Positions 27,964 through 38,448 of a stretch of DNA of 64,000 nt are shown one piece after another (position 1 is the stretch's first letter; the number at the start of each line of letters is the position of its first letter). The notes below the pieces were generated by a model. That model had not been told where the DNA came from and made no database searches. It saw nothing but the letters and a program-made list of their open reading frames with translations. Source of the DNA: Fibrobacteria bacterium (GTDB lineage: Bacteria; Fibrobacterota; Fibrobacteria; UBA11236). The stretch is from NCBI GenBank assembly GCA_041746255.1, contig JBGTHM010000102.1, positions 37,793-101,792 of the forward strand. Direction: 5' to 3'. A program made the position numbers and the translations under genes.

Positions 27964-29048
27964 CCGGCCAACAGTTTTTCCGCCTCTTTCAAAAAGGCCT
28001 CGTTTTGTTCCCGCGTGCCGATGGTAACCCGGCTCCAATTATCCAGGCCGAAGCTTTTCAAGGGGCGGATGATGATACCGCGGCGCGCGAGGTCTTCACA
28101 GAAATCCACGGCGGGCCGTTCAGTGCGGAAGCAGATGAAATTCGCCTGGGTGGCGATGAATTCCAATTGCAGACGATGCAGCTCCGACTCAAGGTAGGCG
28201 CGCCCCTCATTATTCACTTCCAATGACCTGCGTACGAACTCCTTATCCTCCAAGGCGGCCACGCCCGCGACTTGGGCCAGGGTTCCCACGTTGAACGGGG
28301 ATTTGACGCGTCCCATTTCCAACAGCAGGTCCGGATGCGCGATAGCGTATCCGAGACGCAATGCCGCCAAAGCATAGAGTTTGCTGAAGGTGCGGCTGAC
28401 GATAAGATTGGGGTAGGTGCGCATCAGCTTCAGGCAATCGGGAAAGTCGGAAGCCGTCGCGAATTCGCCGTAGGCTTCGTCCACTACCACCAGGGTTTGA
28501 GGTGAAGATTCCGTAAGCAGCGATTCCAACTCGCCATGGGTGAAATAGGATCCGGTGGGATTGTTCGGATTGCACAAGAAAACCAGGCGCGTTTTGCCGT
28601 CAAGCCGTTCCCGAAATCCGGCGAGGTCGTAACGGTTGTGTAATTGGGGGACCTTCACGATTTCGCCATCGAAGATGCGTCCGGAAAATTCGTATTCCGA
28701 AAAAGTATTCTCGCTGACCAGCACCTCTTCGCCCGGATTCAAAAAAGCGGCGGCAATCATCAAAAGCACTTCGTCCGAACCGTTCCCGGCCATGAACCAT
28801 TCCATGGGAAGGCCGAAGTGTTGCGCTAGCGCCCGGCGTAAGGCTCGGCTGGCACCGTCGGGATAGAGATGGATTTGCTCGAGCGCCCCCTGAATAGCCG
28901 CAGTCACTTTCGGGTTGGCGCCCAAGGGGTTTTCGTTGGAGCCCAACTTGACGATACGGGGCGGCTGGTATTGCGCGCGCACATCGGCGATGGATCGACC
29001 TGGAACATAGGGTTGCAAGGCTTGAATACAGGAACGACCGATCTTCAT
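27960..29048 (-). CDS. hisC: Histidinol-phosphate aminotransferase
   Basis: KLGSNENPLG, GNGSDE, CNPNNPTG, VDEAYGEF, RTFSKLYALAALRLGY. Confidence 0.93.
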   Translation of the reverse strand: MKIGRSCIQALQPYVPGRSIADVRAQYQPPRIVKLGSNENPLGANPKVTAAIQGALEQIHLYPDGASRALRRALAQHFGLPMEWFMAGNGSDEVLLMIAAAFLNPGEEVLVSENTFSEYEFSGRIFDGEIVKVPQLHNRYDLAGFRERLDGKTRLVFLCNPNNPTGSYFTHGELESLLTESSPQTLVVVDEAYGEFATASDFPDCLKLMRTYPNLIVSRTFSKLYALAALRLGYAIAHPDLLLEMGRVKSPFNVGTLAQVAGVAALEDKEFVRRSLEVNNEGRAYLESELHRLQLEFIATQANFICFRTERPAVDFCEDLARRGIIIRPLKSFGLDNWSRVTIGTREQNEAFLKEAEKLLAG

Positions 29049-29133
29049 ACCTGCAAAGGTACTCTCAGGGCTCCGATGTCTGCAAATGCGCCGCGGTTTT
29101 AGCCGTTTTTCCAACGCTCTACCCGAATCCGGA

Positions 29134-31158
29134 CTATAGCATCGACAGGGGATCCATATCCGACCGCAGCTTGGTTTCCTGGGGACGGTCGGGCCGGTAT
29201 TCCACCAGGGTTTGCCGCAACAGCCATTGTAGCTGATTCGCCGCGCGTCCTTTGGCGATAATCTGGGCGCGGTATTGGCGATTGATGCGCTTAAGAGCTG
29301 CGAAAGCGGGTCCCAAGACCTGGGCCTCCACCTGCTTCGCATGGTTTTTGAACGCCGTGGCGAACAACGCCATATGTTTTTCCACCCACTCTTCGCGGGG
29401 CCCGGAAATCTCCACCAGGAGAAGTTTTCGGTAGGGCGGAAAATGCAAATCCTTGCGCACCTGCAATTCTTCGGTCACAAAGCTCTCGTAATCCTGGGAC
29501 AGGGCATGCAACAAAACCGGATCCTGGGGCTTGAAAGTTTGCAGGTAAACCTCCCCGGTTTCCCCATGCCTTCCCGCCCGTCCCGCCACCTGGGTGATGA
29601 GTTGGAAGAGCCTCTCTTGCGCCCGGAAATCAGAAAGTCCCATTCCTGTATCGGCATCCACGACTCCGACCAGGTTCACATTGGGAAAGTCATGCCCTTT
29701 GGCCACCATCTGGGTTCCCAATAAGATGCGCGTCGCCCCGCTTTTAAACTCTTCGAGCACCTTGTCGGCGCCCCCGATTCCCCCGGTGGTATCGCGGTCC
29801 AACCTCGAAATACCCACTCCGGGGAAAATGCCCTGGAGGTATTCCTCCACCTTTTCGATTGCCAACCCGAAGTCCACGAATTCATGGCTTCCGCAATCGC
29901 GGCAACCCTCATGCACGGCCATGGCGTAGTCGCAGTAATGGCATTTCAATTTCTGCGCCAGCTTGTGATACACCAGCGGGAGCAGGCAATTGGGGCATTG
30001 ACGGTGTTGCCCGCATTTGGCGCATTGCCGCTTGGGAGCGTAACCCCGGCGATTCTGTAGTAAGATGGCCTGCTCTCCGCGTTGTAGCCGGTATTGTAAC
30101 GCGTCTCGCAGGGGAATGGAGAGGGGTAGCACACCCTGCAATTCCAATTGTTCGCGCATATCCACGATATGCACCTTGGGAAGTTTGCCGCTGGCCCGCT
30201 GTTTCAAAGAAAGCAAAGTGTACTTGCCGGTGAGGGCTGCATGGTACGACTCCAGCGAGGGCGTGGCGCTTCCCAGCACAACGGGGCAGCTCTCCTGTCT
30301 ACCTCGGTAAAGAGCCACGTCGCGCGCGTTATAGCGTGGGGAAGCATCCGATTGCTTGTAGCTGCTTTCATGCTCCTCGTCCACTATGATGAGACCTAGA
30401 TTGTCGAGGGGCGCCAAAATCGTGGAACGAGCGCCTACGATGATCCGCGCCTTCCCCGCGAACAAGGCCTGCCATAATTCCCTTTTGTCGCGCGCCCCCA
30501 GGTTATGGTGCATGGCATGCACCTGCTCCGGAAGAAAAGATCGGAATCGGGAAAGGGTCTGGGCGGTCAGGGCGATTTCGGGAAGCAGCACCAATACGTT
30601 TTTGCCTTGTTCCAGGGCCTGTTTGGCCAAATGGAGGTAAACCAGGGTTTTACCGCTGCCGGTAATGCCGTGCAGCAGAAAGGCTTCGAAACGGGAGGCG
30701 ACCTGAGCCGCGCCGATGGATGCGATGGCTGCCGCTTGTTCCGCCGTGGGCTGCAAGGCCGGCTGGTTGTCCTTTTCCAAAAATTTGGACCTGGATTTGA
30801 CCGCCCGGGGTTTCCGGGGAGGCGCGAACAAAGAGGTCAGGGATTGCTTGGGCAGACATGCCATGCCAACGGCGGGCAAGGGTGTGGAGTAATAGTCGCT
30901 CATCCATTCCAGGAGTTTCATCCAACTCGCGGGGAGCGCGCGTATATTCGCGGCGAAATCATGGGCCGGTTTGGTCTTGAAGTCCAACTCGGGATAGCCC
31001 TTTTCGACGATCAGGCCGATTTGCAGTCGGCCCCGCAAGGGAACCCGGACAATGCCGCCCACCGGCAATTCGTCAGGGGATAAAGTCCCGGAATCGTACC
31101 AAAAAAGGTCCGGCATTCCGCCGGTCAAGAGCACTTTTAGGCGTATGGGCGTTTCCAC
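29134..31158 (-). CDS. priA: Primosomal protein N'
   Basis: GITGSGKT, LPEIALT, DEEHESSYKQ, four CxxC pairs, GTQMVAKGHDFP, QVAGRAGR. Confidence 0.95.
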   Translation of the reverse strand: METPIRLKVLLTGGMPDLFWYDSGTLSPDELPVGGIVRVPLRGRLQIGLIVEKGYPELDFKTKPAHDFAANIRALPASWMKLLEWMSDYYSTPLPAVGMACLPKQSLTSLFAPPRKPRAVKSRSKFLEKDNQPALQPTAEQAAAIASIGAAQVASRFEAFLLHGITGSGKTLVYLHLAKQALEQGKNVLVLLPEIALTAQTLSRFRSFLPEQVHAMHHNLGARDKRELWQALFAGKARIIVGARSTILAPLDNLGLIIVDEEHESSYKQSDASPRYNARDVALYRGRQESCPVVLGSATPSLESYHAALTGKYTLLSLKQRASGKLPKVHIVDMREQLELQGVLPLSIPLRDALQYRLQRGEQAILLQNRRGYAPKRQCAKCGQHRQCPNCLLPLVYHKLAQKLKCHYCDYAMAVHEGCRDCGSHEFVDFGLAIEKVEEYLQGIFPGVGISRLDRDTTGGIGGADKVLEEFKSGATRILLGTQMVAKGHDFPNVNLVGVVDADTGMGLSDFRAQERLFQLITQVAGRAGRHGETGEVYLQTFKPQDPVLLHALSQDYESFVTEELQVRKDLHFPPYRKLLLVEISGPREEWVEKHMALFATAFKNHAKQVEAQVLGPAFAALKRINRQYRAQIIAKGRAANQLQWLLRQTLVEYRPDRPQETKLRSDMDPLSML

Positions 31159-31192
31159 GGAGGTTAAATATAGCCCATCGCCCGCTTATAAT

Positions 31193-31222
31193 TTGCATCC
31201 TGCGAGTTCCCAGCCCTATAAT
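31193..31222 (+). promoter_or_regulatory. Sigma70-like promoter for the FapA/HD-GYP operon
   Basis: TTGCAT-N18-TATAAT. Confidence 0.55.
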
Positions 31223-31271
31223 TACTCGGGTAAAGATCCCACGGTTATCGCGGCCGCTGCCAAAGTGGGTT

Positions 31272-32846
31272 GTGGCGCTTTATTCCGTAGGCTCGTCATG
31301 GCACCACAGGGAAGTCGAGAGGCCAGTGAACGCACCGGAAGAACCATCCAAAGCACAAGATGCGGTTTCACGATTGTCAAAAACCGCTGATTCCGGCCTG
31401 CCTGCGGATGCCGAAGCGAGCGCATTCAAACCCTCATCGGCGGCTGTAGGCCGCTCGACGCCCCCGGAGATTTCCATTCGTCTGAGTCCGGATCGGATAA
31501 GGGCTTTTCTTTCTGTAAAAACCGGCGAAGGAAATGTCGGCGATTTATCCATGGATGCCATAGTGAAGGCATTGAAGGAAACCGGAATCTCTCGCGGGGT
31601 GCAAACCGACTTTATCGTTCAATTCGTGGCGCGGTGGAATACCATCAAGAAGTCCATGGTGGACATCCCGGTGGCCGAGTCACCGGATATACCCATCTCG
31701 GGCATACCAGGCCGCCTGGAGATTTTGGCGCACCCGAAAGGGGAGCCGGAGGGCGAGTCCGCTTCGGGAAAAGTGGATTTCCGGGAGAAAAAGACTTTGA
31801 TCGAAGTCGCGGCGGGCCAAGATCTGGCCCGCTGGCATCCCCCCAAGGCTCCCCAAAATGGGGTGGACCTATTCGGTGAGAATGTGGTTCCTCCCGTTCC
31901 ACCGGGTAACGCTCCCATAGCCGGACCCGGTGTCGAGGTTCCGGGGAATGATCCCTCGCTGTACCGGGCGCTACGGCCGGGTTTCCTACGTATCCATGCG
32001 GGAACGGTAGAAGTAGGTGAACATTACGTCGTAGACGGGGACGTGGATTATTCCAGCGGTAACATCACCTACCTTCATTCCGTCCGAGTGACCGGCGACG
32101 TTCGCAACGGATTCCACCTTAAAGTAGGCGGCGATTTACGTATTGACGGAATTGTGGAAGACAGTTTTATCCTCTGTTCGGGTGATTTGATAGTCGGCAC
32201 CGGCTGTGTGGGCACCGGGAAAGGCCTCATTAATATCAAGGGCAGCGCGAATATCGGGTTCGTCACCAATCAGGCGGTCAAAAGCCGGGTGGACATCCTA
32301 ATCGAGCGGGACAGTATGAATGCGAATCTTTACGGAGCCAAAATGGTGCAGGTCTTGGGCCACGTGGTGGGGGGCCAGGTTATGGCAGGGGAATTGGTGC
32401 ATGTGGGGTCGATTGGAAACGATTCCGGTACACGCACTGAAATTGAATTGGGTAAGGATTATTTTCTCCATGAAACCCTGGCGACCATCCAAGCGAAAAT
32501 CGAGGAATTAATCGGGGCGGTGACGCGAATATCCTTGAATTTGAACCGACTCAGGGAAAAACACGGGACGGACGGCTTGACGGGTTTCGAAAATGCCCAG
32601 TTGTTGGAGATGAGGATGGTGCGCGACGGCATTGAGGAGAAGATGCCGCTTTTGCAGGAGAAAAAAAGCCAGGTCGAAGAACGCATCCGCCAAGAGTATT
32701 TTCAAGAGAACCTCAAGATTAAAGTCGAGAAGAAAATCCACCCGGGAACGGTGATCAAAGTCTGCGGCGAAATCCTCACCTTCAATGAGACGTTGTCGGG
32801 TCCAAAAACCATCGCCTTCAGCGACGGTCGCTTGAAAATATTCTGA
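31272..32846 (+). CDS. FapA/DUF342 family protein (start uncertain, possibly 31326)
   Basis: GKVDFRE, GVDLFG, VDGDVDYSSGNI beta-helix, coiled coil, IHPGTVI. Confidence 0.85.
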   Translation: MALYSVGSSWHHREVERPVNAPEEPSKAQDAVSRLSKTADSGLPADAEASAFKPSSAAVGRSTPPEISIRLSPDRIRAFLSVKTGEGNVGDLSMDAIVKALKETGISRGVQTDFIVQFVARWNTIKKSMVDIPVAESPDIPISGIPGRLEILAHPKGEPEGESASGKVDFREKKTLIEVAAGQDLARWHPPKAPQNGVDLFGENVVPPVPPGNAPIAGPGVEVPGNDPSLYRALRPGFLRIHAGTVEVGEHYVVDGDVDYSSGNITYLHSVRVTGDVRNGFHLKVGGDLRIDGIVEDSFILCSGDLIVGTGCVGTGKGLINIKGSANIGFVTNQAVKSRVDILIERDSMNANLYGAKMVQVLGHVVGGQVMAGELVHVGSIGNDSGTRTEIELGKDYFLHETLATIQAKIEELIGAVTRISLNLNRLREKHGTDGLTGFENAQLLEMRMVRDGIEEKMPLLQEKKSQVEERIRQEYFQENLKIKVEKKIHPGTVIKVCGEILTFNETLSGPKTIAFSDGRLKIF

Positions 32847-32857
32847 CGGGAGAATGT

Positions 32858-34066
32858 ATGGCAAACACCCCGGGAGAAGACGAGGAAATCAAGAAAATCC
32901 TATCCATGGATTTGGATGCGCTGGAAAGCATCGATTTACCCGATCCATTCATTGAACTGGAAAAGCCGCAAGCGGGTAAAAGCAATGCACCCACGCAAAT
33001 CCTCGATCGCATTCTGGCCACGCCCAAATACCAGGAGTTAGAAGGAAAATGGCGCTCGGGCCGGGAAGAGGATGTCCCCGCCGGCAGGGCTTATTCGCAA
33101 AGCCTGATGCAATTGCTTGCATCGGAAAGAACTTCCGCTTATAAGAACAATGCCTTGCAGAATTATCGAAATGCGGTATCCCAAACCAAAGACCTTTATG
33201 GGCAAATACTGGTAGGGGAAATGCTGACCGCGGGGCCGTTGCGGTCTTTGACCATGACGCTGGCTGATATGTTTTCCAAGGATCGCAATCTCTTATTAAG
33301 CCTGGCTTTGGGCCCGGTGGATACCGGTGATGATTTTCGCTACCGGCAGTCCCTAAATACCTGCTTACTCTCGATGGCCGCCGCCTCGGCTGCCGGCTTC
33401 GCGCGCGCGCAAGTGCTGGATATCGCTCAGGGCGCGCTTCTGGCTGATGTGGGAATGTTTCTGGTTCCCGATTCGGTAGTGAATAAATCCGGACGCCTTA
33501 CCGAGGATGAGTTACGGGAAATCCACAAGCACCCCTTGCTGGGCTTTGGATTGCTGGAAAAAACCCAGGGGCTTTCGGATTCCGTTTTCGCGGCCGTGCT
33601 CCAGCACCACGAAAGGTTGTCGGGCGCCGGTTATCCGGGGAGATTGAAGGGCGCGCAAATCACACATGCAGGTCGCATCGTCGGCATCGCCGATACCCTG
33701 GCCGCCATGGCCCATAAACGCAATCATCGCGAAGCCATGACTCCCGCGGAGGCGCTGCAAAGCGTGATCAAAATGGGCAAGGTGGGGTTTTTCGACGCCG
33801 CGCATATCCGCACCCTGCTGGGATATCTTGGAATATACCCTCTGGGATCACTTGTTCGTCTGACCAGCGGTAAGATCGCGAAGGTGGTTGAAGCCCATCC
33901 CGACGATTTAAACAACCCCACCGTATCCATTCTCTTCAATGAAAAAGGGCAGGCATTGCCTACCCAGAATCCCTTGCAATTGGATTTACGCCGATCGGAG
34001 AAAGAGAAAGTCATTGCTGCACTGGGTCATGGTGACATGAAAAATGAAGTTCTAGACGGCTTTTAA
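32858..34066 (+). CDS. HD-GYP domain protein with degenerate HD motif
   Basis: LLADVGM, HHERLSGAGYP, IVGIADT, YPLGSLVRL. Confidence 0.85.
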   Translation: MANTPGEDEEIKKILSMDLDALESIDLPDPFIELEKPQAGKSNAPTQILDRILATPKYQELEGKWRSGREEDVPAGRAYSQSLMQLLASERTSAYKNNALQNYRNAVSQTKDLYGQILVGEMLTAGPLRSLTMTLADMFSKDRNLLLSLALGPVDTGDDFRYRQSLNTCLLSMAAASAAGFARAQVLDIAQGALLADVGMFLVPDSVVNKSGRLTEDELREIHKHPLLGFGLLEKTQGLSDSVFAAVLQHHERLSGAGYPGRLKGAQITHAGRIVGIADTLAAMAHKRNHREAMTPAEALQSVIKMGKVGFFDAAHIRTLLGYLGIYPLGSLVRLTSGKIAKVVEAHPDDLNNPTVSILFNEKGQALPTQNPLQLDLRRSEKEKVIAALGHGDMKNEVLDGF

Positions 34067-34094
34067 AGCGACCGATACCCCGAGCGGGTTATAC

Positions 34095-35105
34095 TCAGCC
34101 GGACCGTTGGCTGGAGGCGCGAATACGGAGCTGGGAATGCAGGGTTTGCTGCACGGGACCGTGGGCATCCGCTTCCAAGAGGTGGGTGACGGCGTTGATG
34201 GCTTCTTCGCCCATGGCCTGCTTGGGCTGGGACACGGTGGTGAGCGGCGGATTCAGAAATGCGCTGTAAGGCAGGTCGTCATGCCCGGCTAAGAGGATGT
34301 CGCGGCCCACGCGCAAATTCTTTTCCTCGAAGGCGCGCATGGCGCCGATAGCGATGGAATCGGTGGCGCAAAACAGGCCCGATGGGGCGGCATGCTCCTT
34401 CAAGTAGGCCGTCACGCTGGCATAGCCATAATCTTCGTTGTCGATATGTCCGTTGCGATGACCGGGAATGAGGAGCGGCTCCAATCCGGCGGTTTCCATG
34501 GCGGCACGGTAACCGCGTTCTCGATCCAGAAAAGCGCGGTTTAAAATACCGTGAAAGCTTCCCAGATAGGCGGGCTGAATACCCTGCTCCAACAGGTGAG
34601 AAGTGACCAGGGCGGCGCTTTCATAGTTATCGTTTACGACATGATGGCTGGCGTCGGCGAAGTAGCGGTCTATATAAACCAGGGGCAACCGTTTATCCAG
34701 TTGCGCTAGTAAATCCCGGTTTTCGTCGGTGATTACCGGCGAGAGGATGATTCCGCAAACTTTTAAGGATAGGAAATGGCGCAACGCCGCAGCTTCGGTG
34801 GCCGCGTCCATATACGAACATCGATAAACCAGCTGATATCCCAGGCGGGCGGCCTCCTTTTCGGCGGCTTCGATAATCTCACCGTAAAATGGATTGACGA
34901 TTTGGGAAACAATCATGCCGATGGTGTTGCTGGTTTTGGATACCAGGTTGACGGCGTAGAGATTCCGTTCGTAGCCCAGTTCCTCACAAGCGGCCAGCAC
35001 CCTTTCGCGGGTGGCTTTTTTAACCGAGGTATTCCCATTCACCACCTTCGATACGGTGTATAGGGAATATCCGGCCATTTTGGCCACATCGCTCATGGTT
35101 GCCAT
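34095..35105 (-). CDS. LacI-family transcriptional regulator
   Basis: TMSDVAKMAGYSLYTVSKVVNG HTH; GHDD...PPLTTVSQP. Confidence 0.93.
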   Translation of the reverse strand: MATMSDVAKMAGYSLYTVSKVVNGNTSVKKATRERVLAACEELGYERNLYAVNLVSKTSNTIGMIVSQIVNPFYGEIIEAAEKEAARLGYQLVYRCSYMDAATEAAALRHFLSLKVCGIILSPVITDENRDLLAQLDKRLPLVYIDRYFADASHHVVNDNYESAALVTSHLLEQGIQPAYLGSFHGILNRAFLDRERGYRAAMETAGLEPLLIPGHRNGHIDNEDYGYASVTAYLKEHAAPSGLFCATDSIAIGAMRAFEEKNLRVGRDILLAGHDDLPYSAFLNPPLTTVSQPKQAMGEEAINAVTHLLEADAHGPVQQTLHSQLRIRASSQRSG

Positions 35106-35212
35106 AGTATTTGCTTCGTACCAAATAATAGTGCGGAATAAGTTAAACCGCAACCCATCGTCTAATAAGACTGTTGATTGCCGTTATTATTTTGAAACAC
35201 TTTTGGAAATAA

Positions 35213-35242
35213 TAAAGGCCCCTAACTCGGTAGGGGCCTTTA
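35213..35242 (-). terminator. Intrinsic terminator after ahcY
   Basis: TAAAGGCCCCTA-actcgg-TAGGGGCCTTTA with a T-rich tail on the minus strand. Confidence 0.8.
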
Positions 35243-35263
35243 GGGATTAAGCGAAATTACAGC

Positions 35264-36730
35264 CTAGTAACGGTAATGATCGGGCTTATAAGGCCCTTCT
35301 ACCGGTACTCCAATATAGGCTGCCTGCTTGGGGGTCAGCTTGGTGAGTTTGACCCCCAGCTTTTCCAGGTGCAGGCGCGCAACTTCTTCGTCCAGGGCCT
35401 TGGGCAGCACGTAAACGCCTACCGGACGGCGGTTCTTCCACAGGTCGAGCTGGGCCAGAACCTGGTTGGTGAAAGAAGACGACATCACGAAGGAGGGATG
35501 GCCGGTGGCGCAACCCAAGTTTACCAAGCGGCCTTCCGCGAGGATGAAAATGGAACGACCGTCGGCGAAGATGTATTCGTCCACCTGCGGCTTGATTTCG
35601 CGTTTCTTCACGCCCGGCAGGGCTTTCAAGCCCGCCAGGTCCACTTCGCTATCGAAATGTCCGATGTTGCAAACGATGCTCTGATCCTTCATCTTGCTCA
35701 TATGCTCGGCGGTGATAATGCCGACATTTCCCGTGGTGGTGACGAAGATATTCGCTTCGGATAGGGCATCCTCGATAGTGGTGACTTTATAGCCTTCCAT
35801 CGCGGCCTGCAAAGCGCAAATGGGATCCACTTCGGTGACTATCACGCGGGCGCCGAAACCGCGCATCGATTGGGCGCAGCCCTTGCCCACGTCGCCGTAT
35901 CCGCAGACCACGACGACCTTGCCGGCCACCATCACGTCGGTGGCGCGTTTAATGCCGTCGGCCAGCGACTCGCGGCAACCGTAAAGGTTGTCGAACTTGG
36001 ATTTGGTCACGCTGTCGTTCACGTTGATGGCGGGAATCAGCAATTCCTTGCGCTCGAGCATTTGGTAAAGGCGGTGTACGCCGGTGGTGGTCTCTTCGGA
36101 GACGCCGATCCATTCCTTGACGATATTCGCCCACATGCCGGGGCGCTCTTTCAAGGTGCGCTTGAGCAGTTTCAAAATCACGGCTTCTTCTTCATGCTCG
36201 GGAGTTTTGTCGAGAATGGAGGCGTCTTTTTCGGCAGCCGCGCCCATGTGGATGAGCAAGGTGGCGTCGCCACCGTCGTCCACGATGAGTTGCGGACCTT
36301 TGCCGTCGGGAAAAGTGAGCGCGTCCAAGGTGCATTCCCAATATTCTTCCAAGGTCTCACCCTTCCAGGCGAAAACGGGAGTACCGGCTTTGGCGATAGC
36401 GGCGGCGGCGTGGTCCTGGGTGGAAAAAATATTGCACGAGCACCAGCGCACGTCGGCGCCGAGATCGTTCAAGGTTTCGATGAGAACCGCGGTTTGGATG
36501 GTCATGTGGAGCGAACCCATGATGCGGGCGCCCTGCAGAGGTTTCTCCTTGCCGTACTTTTGACGCACGGACATGAGACCGGGCATTTCCTTTTCGGATA
36601 CTTCGATTTCCTTACGGCCCCAATCGGCGAGGCTTAGGTCCGCGACTTTGAAGTCGGGCGCGCTTTCGCGAGCTGAACCGGTTTTCTCTCCGGAAGGAGG
36701 TGCTTTGGTGGAAGACGTGGCTGATATCAT
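35264..36730 (-). CDS. ahcY: Adenosylhomocysteinase
   Basis: [53 protein letters not shown]. Confidence 0.98.
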   Translation of the reverse strand: MISATSSTKAPPSGEKTGSARESAPDFKVADLSLADWGRKEIEVSEKEMPGLMSVRQKYGKEKPLQGARIMGSLHMTIQTAVLIETLNDLGADVRWCSCNIFSTQDHAAAAIAKAGTPVFAWKGETLEEYWECTLDALTFPDGKGPQLIVDDGGDATLLIHMGAAAEKDASILDKTPEHEEEAVILKLLKRTLKERPGMWANIVKEWIGVSEETTTGVHRLYQMLERKELLIPAINVNDSVTKSKFDNLYGCRESLADGIKRATDVMVAGKVVVVCGYGDVGKGCAQSMRGFGARVIVTEVDPICALQAAMEGYKVTTIEDALSEANIFVTTTGNVGIITAEHMSKMKDQSIVCNIGHFDSEVDLAGLKALPGVKKREIKPQVDEYIFADGRSIFILAEGRLVNLGCATGHPSFVMSSSFTNQVLAQLDLWKNRRPVGVYVLPKALDEEVARLHLEKLGVKLTKLTPKQAAYIGVPVEGPYKPDHYRY

Positions 36731-36773
36731 GAAATTCCTTTCTCTAGTGTTAAACTTGCGAACCCAATGGGCC

Positions 36774-37985
36774 TTAAGCGTTTACCGTTTCGGCTTTGGC
36801 CGGGAAGGTTTTTATTACGGCGGATTTCTCGGCGGCTTTCCGCAGCGCATCGGCTTTGTCGGTCTTTTCCCAGGTGAAGTTCTCATGGTTGCGCCCGAAA
36901 TGCCCGTGGGCGGCGGTCATGAAATAACGGGGTTTCAAAAGATCGAGCGTGCGGATGATGCCGGCGGGAGTAAGATCGAAATTTTCCTGCACAAGCGCTT
37001 CCATGGCTTCTGGGCTGAGCTTTCCGGTGCCGAAGGTGTCGACATAAATGGAAACGGGGCGGGGGTAGCCGATGGCATAGGCAAGCTGCACTTCACAGCG
37101 CGTGGCCAAGCCGGCCGCGACGATGTTCTTGGCGACGTAGCGCGCGGCGTAAGCGGCGCTTCGATCCACCTTGGAGGGGTCTTTGCCGGAAAAGGCGCCG
37201 CCGCCATGTCGGCCCATGCCGCCATAGGTATCGACGATGATTTTTCGACCGGTGAGGCCGCAATCGCCCTGGGGGCCGCCGACTACGAAGCGCCCGGTGG
37301 GATTGATGAGGTAACGGGTTTTTTCCGTGAGCAATTCCTTGGGAATCACTTCCTTAATGGCCCTTTCGATGACTTCCCTCTCGATGGTGGCATGATCAAC
37401 GTCTTCGGAATGTTGGGTCGAGACGACGATGGTATCGATGGATTTGACCTTGCCGTTCACGTATTCCACCGTAACCTGGGACTTCGAGTCGGGCCGTAAC
37501 CAGGGCAACACTTTGGTTTCGCGCAAGTTGGCGAGTTTCTCCACCAAACGGTGGGACAGATGAATGGGCAGAGGCATAAGTTCGGGAGTTTCATCACAGG
37601 CATATCCGAACATCAAACCCTGGTCGCCCGCGCCCTGTTCCTTGTGAAGACCTTCGCCTTCGGTCACGCCCTGTGCGATATCAGGGGACTGTTTGTCCAC
37701 TACGGTCATGACGGCGCAGGTGCGGTAGTCGAAACCCATGTCGCCATCGGTGTATCCGATGCGCTTGACGGTGTCGCGAACCACTTGCTGATAATCAACG
37801 ATTCCCTTGCTGGTGATTTCACCGGCGATAACCACGAGGCCCGTGGTGATCATGGTTTCGCAAGCGACCCGGCTTTTGGGGTCTTGAGCCAGGAAGGCAT
37901 CCAATATGGCATCGGAAATCTGGTCGGCCATTTTGTCGGGATGGCCCATGGATACGGATTCGGAGGTGAAGAGTTGTCTGGACAT
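36774..37985 (-). CDS. metK: S-adenosylmethionine synthetase
   Basis: [35 protein letters not shown]. Confidence 0.98.
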   Translation of the reverse strand: MSRQLFTSESVSMGHPDKMADQISDAILDAFLAQDPKSRVACETMITTGLVVIAGEITSKGIVDYQQVVRDTVKRIGYTDGDMGFDYRTCAVMTVVDKQSPDIAQGVTEGEGLHKEQGAGDQGLMFGYACDETPELMPLPIHLSHRLVEKLANLRETKVLPWLRPDSKSQVTVEYVNGKVKSIDTIVVSTQHSEDVDHATIEREVIERAIKEVIPKELLTEKTRYLINPTGRFVVGGPQGDCGLTGRKIIVDTYGGMGRHGGGAFSGKDPSKVDRSAAYAARYVAKNIVAAGLATRCEVQLAYAIGYPRPVSIYVDTFGTGKLSPEAMEALVQENFDLTPAGIIRTLDLLKPRYFMTAAHGHFGRNHENFTWEKTDKADALRKAAEKSAVIKTFPAKAETVNA

Positions 37986-38101
37986 GAAAGCTCCTTTAAA
38001 GGGAAGTACGGATTAGGACTATTCGTGGGCATGGGTCCTGCGGACCCGAATTGACTGCCATAAGGTCTATTGTAAAAAAATTCCGACCGCCGTGCATCGG
38101 T

Positions 38102-38121
38102 TTATCATGATTTACCGATAT
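38102..38121. promoter_or_regulatory. Candidate SahR-like operator upstream of metK-ahcY
   Basis: 20-bp imperfect palindrome TTATCATGATTTACCGATAT. Confidence 0.35.
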
Positions 38122-38339
38122 TTATTAGTAAAGTTCAATAATTTGCCCATTTTCGCCAATAACACCCATCTTGGAGATGATGGGAGCCGGCAATCTGAAA
38201 TAAATGATTATTTGGGCATGGTGGGAAGGGGGAAAAGGGGGTAATTAAACCAAAATCCATGGCTTAGGCGGTATTCGAGTCATTCCATTTTGACGAGATG
38301 GAAAAAACGGACAGATTATTTGTTGAAACCCTTATAAAT

Positions 38340-38353
38340 TTGAAACGTATCAA
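38340..38353. promoter_or_regulatory. Candidate LacI-type operator upstream of the DUF1080 gene
   Basis: TTGAAACGTATCAA, 6 of 7 pairs palindromic with a central CG. Confidence 0.45.
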
Positions 38354-38448
38354 TATTTGGCTTTGTTTGATTACGGTTGGGCGTCAGACGGGAATCTGTA
38401 GGCAAGCACCAGGTAATTGGGTAGGGATGAAAATAAGGCTTGGATTTC

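Noticed and set aside
29049..29342. N-terminal extension of hisC in the ORF track
   Set aside because: It overlaps priA out of frame; HisC similarity starts at ATG 29048.
35870..37499. Long antisense ORFs opposite ahcY and metK, with similar ones opposite kdgK, Gfo and macA
   Set aside because: Shadow ORFs expected from biased codon usage in GC-rich genes; no motifs or RBS.
37986..38300. SAM or SAH riboswitch upstream of metK
   Set aside because: Only short hairpins such as GGGTCC-gca-GGACCC; no recognisable aptamer core.
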